From assembly GCA_030619735.1 (NCBI GenBank), contig JAUXAV010000001.1:1-42178 (forward strand): a stretch of 42,178 nucleotides of DNA. The letters run 5' to 3'. The translations under genes were made by a program, and so were the position numbers. Shown here piece after piece: positions 29,122 to 38,540 of this stretch; position 1 is the first letter of the stretch; each line of letters begins with the position of its first letter. The notes under the pieces were generated by a model, which was given only the letters and a program-made list of their open reading frames with translations, had not been told where the DNA came from and made no database searches. Source of the DNA: Candidatus Aenigmatarchaeota archaeon (GTDB lineage Archaea > Aenigmatarchaeota > Aenigmatarchaeia > QMZP01 > JAUXAV01).

Positions 29122-30134
29122 CCCTCTTCAACAAACCATTCCTTTGCCCTCTTAAGCCCTTCGTCAAAGCTTATCTTCGGTTCCCAGCCCAGGGTCTCCC
29201 TTATTTTGGTAGTGTCCGGGCATCTCCTGTTCGGATCGTCCTTTGGAAGGGGCTTGTGCTCAATCTCAACGTCCCCGAAGAGCCCGACTATCTTTTCAGC
29301 CACATCCTTCATGGCCACCTCCTCACTCCCGCCTATATTGAAAAACTGCCTGGATGCCTCTTTCTTCAGTGAAACGTCCAGTACTCCCCTGAGCGCATCC
29401 GAAAGATAGAGGAAGGCCCTTGTTTGCTTTCCGTTGCCGTAGAGGGTTATCTTTTTCTCCTTCTTGGCGTTGACCAGCCAGTTTGCAATCACCTTTCCGT
29501 GGGGGTAGCCGAAGCTCTGCCTCGGACCGAATATGTTGAAGAACCTCAGTATGCGGAAGTCGACCCCGTGCTGGCGGTCGAATGCATGGATTATGGCCTC
29601 TGCAGCACGCTTGCCCTCATCATAGGTGGAGCGCGGGCCTGTGCAGGAAACATTGCCCCTGTAGGTCTCCGGGGTGGGCACCACCGTAGGGTCACCGTAT
29701 ATCTCTGAGCTGCTCGGGAAAAAGAAGGTTGAGTTCCATTCATGGGCTTTTTTCAGGAGCGCGTGGGTGCCAAGTATATTGGTCAGGAATATATCAACAC
29801 CATATTTGAGGAAGGCACCTGGGGCATTGACGCTGGCCAGATGGTAGATGATGTCAAATCCGGAAAGTCCTTCTGGTATCTTGCCGCTCCGGAGGTCCCA
29901 TTTTATGAGCTTGAAATTGCTGTTGCCTGCAAGGTGCTCTATGTTCCTTGGGGGGCCGCTGGAGAAGTTGTCCAGGCACACCACCTCGTTTCCTGTCTTG
30001 ATAAAGAAGTCGCACAGGGAGCTGCCTATGAATCCGGCGCCGCCTGTGATAAGGATTTTCTTGCTGCTTATCTCTGGGGAGTTCTTTATTACATTTTCTA
30101 TGTCTTCCCGGAGTATCCTGTTCATGGAAATCAC
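29118..30134 (-). CDS. NAD-dependent epimerase/decarboxylase (UXS-like SDR)
   Basis: GGAGFIGS, SSSEIYGDP, GNVSCTGPRSTYDEGKR, DDP.RRCPD. Confidence 0.88.
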   Translation of the reverse strand: MISMNRILREDIENVIKNSPEISSKKILITGGAGFIGSSLCDFFIKTGNEVVCLDNFSSGPPRNIEHLAGNSNFKLIKWDLRSGKIPEGLSGFDIIYHLASVNAPGAFLKYGVDIFLTNILGTHALLKKAHEWNSTFFFPSSSEIYGDPTVVPTPETYRGNVSCTGPRSTYDEGKRAAEAIIHAFDRQHGVDFRILRFFNIFGPRQSFGYPHGKVIANWLVNAKKEKKITLYGNGKQTRAFLYLSDALRGVLDVSLKKEASRQFFNIGGSEEVAMKDVAEKIVGLFGDVEIEHKPLPKDDPNRRCPDTTKIRETLGWEPKISFDEGLKRAKEWFVEEG

Positions 30135-30156
30135 TTAAGATATTTATTATAACTAT

Positions 30157-30786
30157 TTAAATCTTAATTTCACCAGTTTCTGACTGGTTGTTGAGATTAG
30201 TGACCCTACGCCTGCGGGTCATTCTGCGGTAGCATCTGTATGGAATATATGCTAATAGCTTTATAAGGCAAAGGGACAGGCGGCCCCTAAGATTGAAGGC
30301 TATCATCATCAGATAGTTGTCACCGCCATCAGAGCATACACAGAAGCCATGCTTTTTGTAAAGATGGATGGCTGCCTGGTTTTTTTTCCACACGGCCGCA
30401 CAGATATAGGGGTATTTTTCCCTCCCTATTCTTGTTATTTTTTTCAGCAACCTGCTGCCAATGCCCTTGTTGCGGAACCCGGGAAGGACAGCAATAAACA
30501 GTGATAATACGCCACTAGCTTTCTTGATTCCGGCAAGCCCAAGGATGGTGCTGCCTTTTTTTATGTCTGCATCTCTCCTTTTGAACTGTAATGCAGAGAT
30601 GTCTCTTGAACTATTAACCAATTTACTCTGTTCATTGAAAACAAGAAACACGATTTCCTTGTTTTTTGATACATCATGCCTTAAGGCGCTCTGTATTCTT
30701 TTGTCCTCCCCCTTCAGTCCCCTGAAGAAATGCTCCATTGCCGGCGTCATACAAACACTTATATTTATTGCAATATTTAAATTCAT
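30157..30786 (-). CDS. GNAT family N-acetyltransferase carrying an in-frame repeat-element insertion
   Basis: VLPGFRNKGIGSRLL acetyl-CoA motif, N.AAIHLYKKHGF; element copy 3 at 30563-30651. Confidence 0.85.
   Translation of the reverse strand: MNLNIAINISVCMTPAMEHFFRGLKGEDKRIQSALRHDVSKNKEIVFLVFNEQSKLVNSSRDISALQFKRRDADIKKGSTILGLAGIKKASGVLSLFIAVLPGFRNKGIGSRLLKKITRIGREKYPYICAAVWKKNQAAIHLYKKHGFCVCSDGGDNYLMMIAFNLRGRLSLCLIKLLAYIPYRCYRRMTRRRRVTNLNNQSETGEIKI
30563..30651 (-). repeat. Structured dispersed element, copy 3 (intragenic, in frame)
   Basis: Core TGCAGAGATGTCTCTTG at 30592-30608, TCTGCATCTC end, ACAAGA at the same spacing as in copy 2. Confidence 0.85.
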
Positions 30787-31502
30787 TCTTTTACATTCCT
30801 AGCTATTATCAGAACATGGATGGGCTTGAACTGGTGGATTATTGAGTCAAGCATGAAGAAGGGCTTGAGGAGCTGGAACGCTATTCTGTATAATAGGAAT
30901 TTCCTGGAGGATTTAAGCTTCCTTAGATTGGAGTCCGACATTTTTCTTTTGAAGAGTTTGTAGTATGGCCTGAGTGTTGAGCCGAACTCTATTGTCCTTG
31001 TTGCAGTGAATCCTGCCTGGGCAAGCTTCAACATTAGCCGAAAGGTTGTGTATCGCCTCCTGTGCCCCACAGCCTTATCCACTTCTGACCACATCCCCAT
31101 ATCAAGGGGAACTGACACCACCAAGGTTCCGCCAGGCTTGAGGACCCTGTTCGCCTCTTGTAGTGCCTTTTTATCATTGTCCAGATGCTCCAAGGTGTCA
31201 ATCAGTAGTGTGTTATCAAAGGAGTCGTTCTCAAAGGGGAGGCTCTCCGCCGTGCCGTGGTACCCCCTGTTGCCTGTCTCCCTCCTGTAAACCTCAAGTA
31301 TCCTTTCATCTATGTCCAAGCCCGTTACCTCCCCGCTTACCATCCTAGACTTCTCGCCTATCCAACAGCCTATGTCAAGGGTTGAGCCTTCCAGCTTCCC
31401 CAATACCTTGCTGAATAGCCTTGCCTTTATGTAGGCTTCTGGGCCTCTCTGGCCTGTCAGCAGTTCGTACCTGTCTGACATCCCTTTGTGGGCTTCAATC
31501 AT
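30783..31502 (-). CDS. Class I SAM-dependent methyltransferase
   Basis: LDIGC..G, AESLPFENDSFD, LEHL, RVLKPGG, GHRRRY. Confidence 0.9.
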   Translation of the reverse strand: MIEAHKGMSDRYELLTGQRGPEAYIKARLFSKVLGKLEGSTLDIGCWIGEKSRMVSGEVTGLDIDERILEVYRRETGNRGYHGTAESLPFENDSFDNTLLIDTLEHLDNDKKALQEANRVLKPGGTLVVSVPLDMGMWSEVDKAVGHRRRYTTFRLMLKLAQAGFTATRTIEFGSTLRPYYKLFKRKMSDSNLRKLKSSRKFLLYRIAFQLLKPFFMLDSIIHQFKPIHVLIIARNVKE

Positions 31503-31825
31503 GCTTCTGCCTCCAGCTTGTATATGATTAAAACCACCTGCCCGTTATTGTAAATCTGCTTCACCCTTTCGTATCTCGCATCGCTTTCCAGTTCCTCGTA
31601 TGAGACCATGGAGGGCACTAGGGGCGGCCTGTGTGTGAAGTCATAGGTACATATCCCTGGCTCCCCGTACCTCCCTTCCAGGATGCTCTTTCCCATGAAG
31701 AGGTAGATTGTCTCGTCAGGGTTTATGGAATTCAGGTCCATTAGAGTGAATATCATGATTGTGGTGAAGAGGCAGAGTAGGAAAATGAACAGGAATTCAT
31801 ACCTGGTGGTTTCTGCGCTTTTCAT
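31499..31825 (-). pseudogene. Internally deleted paralogue of the GT-C gene at 17731-19299 (N- and C-termini fused in frame)
   Basis: MDLNSINPDETIYLFMGKSIL...DFTHRPPLVPS matches the paralogue N-terminus; YEELESDARYERVKQIY...IIY matches its C-terminus. Confidence 0.85.
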
Positions 31826-31889
31826 ATTACCATTCTTTGGAATTTAGATATTAATATAAAAATAAATATGTTATATTAGCTGTGATTAT

Positions 31890-32153
31890 ATGAAAAAGGA
31901 ACGTATTTACAGTAAATACATCTCAATACACTATTCGAAAGCTAGCCTGTCCCAGGTGCTGAGGGTCTCCGGATTCAGGGATATCAGGGTTTACCCCATG
32001 GACATATATGTGGGAAAGCCCCTAATTGACTGCATTGCAAGGATGGTTTCAAGGGTATTTGATTTGTTTTTCAGGATACTCTTCCTCCTGTACGGGAGGA
32101 CGTCAACAAGGATATTTGCAAAGAGCATATTTGCTATAGGGAGGAAGGGGTGA
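31890..32153 (+). pseudogene. Probable collapsed class I methyltransferase (start plus C-terminal part)
   Basis: HYSKASLSQVLRVSGF...IFAIGRK resembles MTase C-termini; no SAM-binding motif I. Confidence 0.55.
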
Positions 32154-33257
32154 GTGATAATGATACAGGCGTTTGAACTGAACAGGCAGTACCATTCCAT
32201 TAAGGGGGAGATTGACAAGAAAATCCAGGAGGTTTTGGATAAGGGGAACATGATACTGGGCGAGAATGTCAGCTGCTTTGAGAGGGATTTTTCAGGGTAT
32301 TGCAATACAAAATTCGGTATAGGGGTTGGCTCAGGGACTGCTGCAATACATCTGGCGCTGCTTTCATGCGGTGTTTCAAACGGCGACGAGGTCATAACAG
32401 TCCCAAATACAGCAGTGCCAACGGTCTCTGCCATATCCCTGGCGAATGCCATTCCGGTCTTTGTGGATGTTGACCCGGAGACCTACACCATCAACACAAA
32501 AAAAATCGAGGAAGGGATAACCAGAAAAACCAAGGCCATTATCCCTGTCCATCTGTACGGGCATCCCTGCGACATGGACCCTGTTTTGGAAATAGCTGAA
32601 AAGCACGGATTGAGGGTCATAGAGGATGCCTGCCAGGCGCATGGCGCCAAATACAAGGGCAGGAGCGTCGGCTCCCTGGGGGATATCGGGTGCTTCTCCT
32701 TCTACCCCACCAAGAACCTCGGGGCATACGGGGATGGCGGCATGGTTGTGACAAGGAATGAAGAGCTCGCTGAAACCGTAAGACTGCTCAGGAATTACGG
32801 GCAAACCGAGAAGAATGTGCATAAGATAATAGGATTTAACTCCAGGCTTGATGAGATACAGGCCGCCATCCTCAGGGTGAAGCTCAAGCACCTGGAGGAA
32901 TGGAACGCCAGCAGGGCAGGGAAGGCAAGGCTGTACCATAAGCTCCTGGATGATTCGGTTATTACCAGGCCTGTTGAAAGGAAATGGGCCAGGCACGTGC
33001 ATCATCTTTACGTGGTCAGGTCAGGAAAAAGAAATCAGCTTCAGGAGTGGCTGAAATCCCAGGGCATACTAACAAACATACACTACCCCACCCCTGTTCA
33101 TATGCAGGAGGCCTACAGCTATCTGGGCTACGGGAAGGGCAGCTTCCCTGTCAGTGAAAGGAACGCAGGGGAGATACTGTCACTGCCCATGTTCCCTGAG
33201 CTTACCAGGGAGGAGATAGAAAGGGTGGCAGCTGCTGTAAACAGTATGAAACAGTGA
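32154..33257 (+). CDS. DegT/DnrJ/EryC1/StrS sugar aminotransferase (FdtB/QdtB-like)
   Basis: [43 protein letters not shown]. Confidence 0.94.
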   Translation: MIMIQAFELNRQYHSIKGEIDKKIQEVLDKGNMILGENVSCFERDFSGYCNTKFGIGVGSGTAAIHLALLSCGVSNGDEVITVPNTAVPTVSAISLANAIPVFVDVDPETYTINTKKIEEGITRKTKAIIPVHLYGHPCDMDPVLEIAEKHGLRVIEDACQAHGAKYKGRSVGSLGDIGCFSFYPTKNLGAYGDGGMVVTRNEELAETVRLLRNYGQTEKNVHKIIGFNSRLDEIQAAILRVKLKHLEEWNASRAGKARLYHKLLDDSVITRPVERKWARHVHHLYVVRSGKRNQLQEWLKSQGILTNIHYPTPVHMQEAYSYLGYGKGSFPVSERNAGEILSLPMFPELTREEIERVAAAVNSMKQ

Positions 33258-33310
33258 TATATGTTTATAAAGGATTATATGAATAAAAGAGTGCTGAGGA
33301 GGTCAGTTGA

Positions 33311-34396
33311 ATGAAGGGTCTGATACTCGCAGGTGGCTTGGGAACAAGGCTGAGGCCGCTTACATACAGCGGTTCCAAGCAGCTGATACCTGTGGCGAAT
33401 AAGCCTGTGCTGTTCTACGGAATCGAGGACCTGAAGGAGGCAGGAATAAGGGACATAGGAATAATCGTGGGCTACACCGATGAAAGGGTACAGTTCATTA
33501 AGGATGCTGTGGGGGACGGCTCAAGATGGGGGGTGAAGATTACATACATAAGGCAGGACGCACCAAGGGGTCTGGCCCATGCGGTTACAACAGCAAGGGA
33601 TTTTATAGGGGGTGATGATTTTGTTGTTTATCTGGGGGACAATATACTGAACAAGGGGATAAGCAGCTTTGCTGAGGAATTCAGAAATTCGGATATGGAT
33701 GCAAGCATACTGGTCACGCAGGTGGAGCACCCGGAGATATATGGAGTGGCCATGATTGGCGATAACAGAGAGATAATAGAGATTGAGGAAAAGCCGGAGA
33801 ATCCCAAGAGCAACTATGCGATTGTCGGTGTTTATTTTTTCAGGTCCTCTATCTTTGAGGCAATCAAGAAGATAAAGCCAGGGAAAGGGGGCGAACTGGA
33901 ACTAACAGATGCCATCCATGAGCTGGTTGTTTCAGATAAGCACAGGGTGAATGCCCATGTTGTGAAGGGCTGGTGGGATGATACAGGAACAGCTGAGGCA
34001 GTGCTCCGTGCCAATCACCTCGTTTTGACCGATTTGAAAGCGAAGCGAGAGGGCATTGTAGAGGAGGGAGTGCGGCTCATTGGGAATGTGGCTCTAGGTA
34101 AGAATACGATTATTAAAGCGGGAACCTTGATACGTGGTCCGGTTATTATTGGGAAGGATTGCCAAATTGGACCAACATACTTGGGTCCATATACCTCCAT
34201 CGGGGATAACTGCGTCATCCGAGGTGGAGAGATTGAGTCATCAATTATCATTGGCGATACACACATCAATTTGGAAGCTAATAAACGGATTGTTGATAGC
34301 TTGATAGGGCGGCATACTATTATCAATTCGGCGAGAGAAACTTTGCCCAGCGGCTGCAAACTTGTCCTCGGTGAGAACTCGGAGGTACAAATATAG
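33311..34396 (+). CDS. rfbA: Glucose-1-phosphate thymidylyltransferase, long form
   Basis: LAGGLGTRLRPLT...KQLIPVANKP, YLGDN, EEKP, GWW.DTG, C-terminal left-handed beta-helix (GPVIIG, GPYTSIG). Confidence 0.92.
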   Translation: MKGLILAGGLGTRLRPLTYSGSKQLIPVANKPVLFYGIEDLKEAGIRDIGIIVGYTDERVQFIKDAVGDGSRWGVKITYIRQDAPRGLAHAVTTARDFIGGDDFVVYLGDNILNKGISSFAEEFRNSDMDASILVTQVEHPEIYGVAMIGDNREIIEIEEKPENPKSNYAIVGVYFFRSSIFEAIKKIKPGKGGELELTDAIHELVVSDKHRVNAHVVKGWWDDTGTAEAVLRANHLVLTDLKAKREGIVEEGVRLIGNVALGKNTIIKAGTLIRGPVIIGKDCQIGPTYLGPYTSIGDNCVIRGGEIESSIIIGDTHINLEANKRIVDSLIGRHTIINSARETLPSGCKLVLGENSEVQI

Positions 34397-34402
34397 AAGG
34401 AA

Positions 34403-34450
34403 ACGCATATCTTAATAACTAGCGGCGTCGGCTTTGTCAGCTCTAATTTA
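34403..34450 (+). pseudogene. Decayed 5' end of a dTDP-glucose 4,6-dehydratase-like SDR
   Basis: ACG-started THILITSGVGFVSSNL resembles a mutated M.ILITGGAGFIGSN, immediately after rfbA. Confidence 0.65.
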
Positions 34451-34504
34451 AGAAATGAAGAAAAGGTTCCTGCACAAGGGCCGTGGGGCCGGAGGTATCA
34501 AAGG

Positions 34505-35617
34505 ATGACAAGGATTTGGGACATTGACGTAAAGCAGTTCCGTACCGGGGAGAAGATTCTTAGACATCCCGGGCGCTTAAGGGAGTGGTTGGACGGTCGC
34601 AATCCCTTTCCCATTATGGTGGAATTTGACATGACCAATGTATGTAATCACCGGTGCCCGGAGTGCATAGCCAACCACTATCGCAAGGTCGATCGTGTTT
34701 CGCTCTCCGGTGACTTAGCGAGGCGGGTGATATCGGAAATGGCCGAGGGCGGACTGAAAGGCATATCCTTCACCGGTGGTGGCGAGCCCTTTTGCAACCC
34801 TGATACTTGCGAGACGATCCGCTGGGCGAAGAAGTGCGGGCTGGACGTGGTCGTAGTCACCAATGGCTCTCTCTTGGACGACGCTGTGTGTGAAACCATA
34901 GTTGAGAATTGCATAGGTATCGCCGTCTCCTTGGATGCGGCCACGCCGGAGACATTCCGGAAAATGCATGGTAGGGGAGCCAAGCATTTCTTTCATGTCG
35001 TGGCAAACATTCGCCGACTTGCTGAAGCGAAGCAGAGGGTGGCCAGCAACTGTAGCGTCGGTCTGGCCGTGTTGACCTGCGATACAACAAAACCGGATAT
35101 GGTGGCTGCAGCGAAACTGGCGAAGGAGGTGGGGGTGGACTATGTGCACTTCCGGCCCCTAATGATCCACCGCGGAGGCCAGTTCAAATACCACTGGCCC
35201 GATATGGAAAAGGAGCTCGAAGCGTGTCTAGACTTGAGGGAGCCGGGAAGCTTCGATGTGCTTTTCTCCAAGGACAAGTATCTCTCTATTCGGGAGGTGA
35301 ACTTTGGTCGTAGTTACGGCCGTTGCTTCGGACACCAATTTGCCGGCGCCGTTTCTGCGAACGGGAAAGTGTATCTGTGTTGCCACCTGAGGGGCTATCC
35401 CCAGTACGATCTTGGAGATTTGCATAACCAAAGTTTTCGTGACATCTGGAATGGAGAACGCAGACGCCAGGTCATAGCCAGTATTGACTTCCATGATTGC
35501 ATCCCGCTCTGTCGCTGCAACGCGTTCAATAAAGTGCTATGGGAGATATGGAACGACCCTTCCAGCCTCGATGCGCGGATTCTTGAGATGCCCATTCCCC
35601 ACGAGAACATACTGTAG
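34505..35617 (+). CDS. Radical SAM/SPASM(Twitch) domain protein of foreign codon usage
   Basis: CNHRCPEC, TGGGEP, TNG, C...GKVYLCC, C.PLC.C; GGAGG RBS; many CGN Arg codons. Confidence 0.92.
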   Translation: MTRIWDIDVKQFRTGEKILRHPGRLREWLDGRNPFPIMVEFDMTNVCNHRCPECIANHYRKVDRVSLSGDLARRVISEMAEGGLKGISFTGGGEPFCNPDTCETIRWAKKCGLDVVVVTNGSLLDDAVCETIVENCIGIAVSLDAATPETFRKMHGRGAKHFFHVVANIRRLAEAKQRVASNCSVGLAVLTCDTTKPDMVAAAKLAKEVGVDYVHFRPLMIHRGGQFKYHWPDMEKELEACLDLREPGSFDVLFSKDKYLSIREVNFGRSYGRCFGHQFAGAVSANGKVYLCCHLRGYPQYDLGDLHNQSFRDIWNGERRRQVIASIDFHDCIPLCRCNAFNKVLWEIWNDPSSLDARILEMPIPHENIL

Positions 35618-35639
35618 GCAGGGAGCGGCTGTTCCCCAA

Positions 35640-35918
35640 TTATTAGAGCTAAGGATTCTTGGTAAAGTAATAAACATTGGTAGCGGAAGATATACAAATG
35701 TGATTACAATTGCGAGATTGATTCTGGACTGTATGAATAAGCCAGAATCTTTGCCCCAGCACGTTAAAGATAATAGACCAGGGCATGTTAGGCAACACTT
35801 AGCCTCTAATGATAAAGCTGAAAGGCTTTTGGACTGGAAGGCAAGGACAAGGTTTGAAGATGCCTTGAGGGAAACCGTTAACTGGTATCGAGAGAATGAA
35901 TGGTGGTGGAAGGCTTAG
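35640..35918 (+). pseudogene. 3' remnant of a dTDP-glucose 4,6-dehydratase-like SDR (RfbB-like)
   Basis: GKVINIGSG...HVKDNRPGHV...LLDWK...FEDALRETVNWYRENEWWWK. Confidence 0.8.
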
Positions 35919-36874
35919 TCTTCCTGTTCTTTTCTTGCAGGCATCCTGAACCAGATGAGCATGCCTATTATGCCCAAGAGTATGTGTCCAACAAAGAGTA
36001 TGACAAGGGAGAATGAGATGGCTGATTCTGCTGTCAGGTGAATGAATGCAAAGAAGAGCACCAGTGCAGCATCCCTTGTGCCTATGCCTGAAAGTGAGAC
36101 GGGCAGGGCCTCCAGGAGCATGGTAATGGGGGTTATCATCAGCAGGAACTGGAAGGGAAGTGTGATGTTCAGGGCCAGAGCCATGAGGTAGTACTGGAAT
36201 ATTGTAAGGAGCATGGCTATTATTCCCAGAACAGTTGAAACAATTATAATGGTTTTTCTGTTCCTCATAATCCCCAAACCCTTGTAAAAGTCATTGAATA
36301 CTGTACCTAGCTTCGGCTTGTATCTGTCCGGAATCATGGCCCTGAAGAAGGGCCTCAGAATCCGGATGACAAACCCCTTCCTGGTAAGGAGGAATACAAA
36401 CAACAGGAATAGGATGAAAATAACCACTACTGACAGGAGCAAATCAAAATATCCTGCGTAAAACGATGCGAAGAATACTATCCCTATCAGGGCCAGGGAG
36501 AACAGGACAATAACGTCTATGATTCTGTCCACCATAACGGTTGTCAGGGACTTGCCCAGGGAGGTCTTCTCCCTGAGGTAATACGCCCTGTAAAAATCCC
36601 CAAGCCTGCCAGGGGTTATAAGGCTCACGGAATAGCCGACCAGCCAGGCCCCAATGGATTTTATAAAGGGATAATCGATATTATATACCTTCATGAGCAT
36701 CTTCCATTTGAATGCCTTTACTGCAATTATAGGGACTATAAAAATGATGGAAATGGAGAGGTAGAACATGTCTGTGTTTTTCAGTATGCTGAGTATTTCT
36801 AGCAGGTTCATGTTCCAGATTATATACAGGAACAGCACAATACCTATTACTGGCAGAAAAATCTGAAGCTTCAT
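35915..36874 (-). CDS. UPF0104 / lysylphosphatidylglycerol synthase TM-region (flippase-like) membrane protein
   Basis: KW..L, TPGRLGDFYR, DRIID, LPVSLSGIGTRDA. Confidence 0.88.
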   Translation of the reverse strand: MKLQIFLPVIGIVLFLYIIWNMNLLEILSILKNTDMFYLSISIIFIVPIIAVKAFKWKMLMKVYNIDYPFIKSIGAWLVGYSVSLITPGRLGDFYRAYYLREKTSLGKSLTTVMVDRIIDVIVLFSLALIGIVFFASFYAGYFDLLLSVVVIFILFLLFVFLLTRKGFVIRILRPFFRAMIPDRYKPKLGTVFNDFYKGLGIMRNRKTIIIVSTVLGIIAMLLTIFQYYLMALALNITLPFQFLLMITPITMLLEALPVSLSGIGTRDAALVLFFAFIHLTAESAISFSLVILFVGHILLGIIGMLIWFRMPARKEQED

Positions 36875-36975
36875 ATTCCTATTAGGGGGTTTCTTATTAA
36901 AAAATGGATTGTTTCAGGGCTCGGTATATTTAAAACAGAAAATTGTAAATAGATACAAACTCCAAGGGGTGGAAT

Positions 36976-38469
36976 ATGGATAAGAAAAGGCTGATAATAG
37001 CCATTGTTCTGATGCTTCTGGCGCTCGCGTTCGTCTTCAGGACCATTAATCCCCATCTCAATCCTGCCACGCATGTGAATGTGCATGGGGATGAAGCAAG
37101 GGTGCTGACCATAGCCAGGAATGTGGCAGAGAGGGGGCAGTATGCATACAGTGAGGGCCTGTCCGAGTATGAGCTCTCGCTTCCCAATGCCTTTTGGACA
37201 GGGCCCCTGACTATTTATACCCATGCAGTATTTTTCTTTTTATTCGGCTCCACATATGCCGTGGCACGGCTGACCGTGGCGCTCTTCGGCTTTATATGCA
37301 TCTACTTGATGTATCTGATAACAAAAAGGATATACGGGAAGAAGGCCGCCATCATATGCGCGGTGCTGGCTGCCCTGAACCCTTTGTTTGCATTCTACAG
37401 CCGCGTGGCGCTGCATGACATACTGTGCTACATGTTCTTTTTGATTTCGGTTTATCTGGCGCTGGATATTGAGAATAGGACCAGGCTCAGGATGGCCCTG
37501 ATAGGGGTGTGCGCTGCCCTGGCTAGCATCTCAAGATACAATGGAATTATAATTCTGCTGGTTATGGTTATTTATTTCGCATATACCAGGAGGCGGAAGT
37601 TCCTGATGGATTTGCCATTCCTTTTAATTCCGTGTTTCTTGGTCTTCCTGGGATTCTATTTCTGGCTTGTCTACAATGGATTTTTTGAACTCTTTACAAG
37701 AACGTTTTTTGGTGATATGTTTGAAACAGGCATCATGGCAAAGACCGGGCTTATGGCATATTACGGCATCATAGCCGTGCTGCAGGTCCTTGTCAAGTAT
37801 GCCCCCTTCCTGCTGGTTGGCACTGTTGCCGGTCTACTCGTTATATACAAGCGAGGGTTCGTGAGCAGGCAGGAGAAGCTTATCCTGATATGGATGATGG
37901 TGGGGTTTGCTTGGTGGCTCCAGTCATATGCCTCAGGAAAATACATGCTAGCCTTCACCTTCCCCATGTTCATCTTTGTGTCCGGAGCCCTGATGAAGGT
38001 GATAAAGAAGCCAGTATTCAGGCTTGACCATAGGCATGTTATGGTCTTTCTTGGTGTATTGCTGGTTGCATATATTGCAGTGAATCTGGAGGCCACCTAT
38101 GACATAAGGGATGATTCAGTATACAACGCGGCTGCTATCATAAAGGCCTCAGAAGAGAGGATATTATTTGCAGAGCCGCCCCTGGCATTTGTTTCAGGAA
38201 AATCAAAGCTCTCGCACTATTGGAATGACTCCTACAGGCATTGGGTAAGTTCAGAGCTTCATCTTGAAATGTTCTATGACCCACCAAATAACCAATCCAT
38301 TTATGATTATCTGGAAAGGACAAAACCAAGATACATAATGCTGAGTTCCAAGTTCCCTGTCAAAAGTGCAACGCCAAGAAAGGAGTTCAACCATTATATA
38401 GATTTGTATGGAAAGGTCAAAGAAGAGATTGGTTCATACATTCTTTATGAACTAAGTTGGCCTGAATAA
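36976..38469 (+). CDS. GT-C membrane glycosyltransferase (ArnT/PMT-like)
   Basis: GDE loop, FG.TYAVARL, LNP.F..YSR, SRY, multiple TMs. Confidence 0.85.
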   Translation: MDKKRLIIAIVLMLLALAFVFRTINPHLNPATHVNVHGDEARVLTIARNVAERGQYAYSEGLSEYELSLPNAFWTGPLTIYTHAVFFFLFGSTYAVARLTVALFGFICIYLMYLITKRIYGKKAAIICAVLAALNPLFAFYSRVALHDILCYMFFLISVYLALDIENRTRLRMALIGVCAALASISRYNGIIILLVMVIYFAYTRRRKFLMDLPFLLIPCFLVFLGFYFWLVYNGFFELFTRTFFGDMFETGIMAKTGLMAYYGIIAVLQVLVKYAPFLLVGTVAGLLVIYKRGFVSRQEKLILIWMMVGFAWWLQSYASGKYMLAFTFPMFIFVSGALMKVIKKPVFRLDHRHVMVFLGVLLVAYIAVNLEATYDIRDDSVYNAAAIIKASEERILFAEPPLAFVSGKSKLSHYWNDSYRHWVSSELHLEMFYDPPNNQSIYDYLERTKPRYIMLSSKFPVKSATPRKEFNHYIDLYGKVKEEIGSYILYELSWPE

Positions 38470-38540
38470 TAAATCCCTTTTGATGTTGGAGCAGGCGGTA
38501 TAGTGGGTTTCTAATATAAATATAAACAGTCTAAAAGCAA

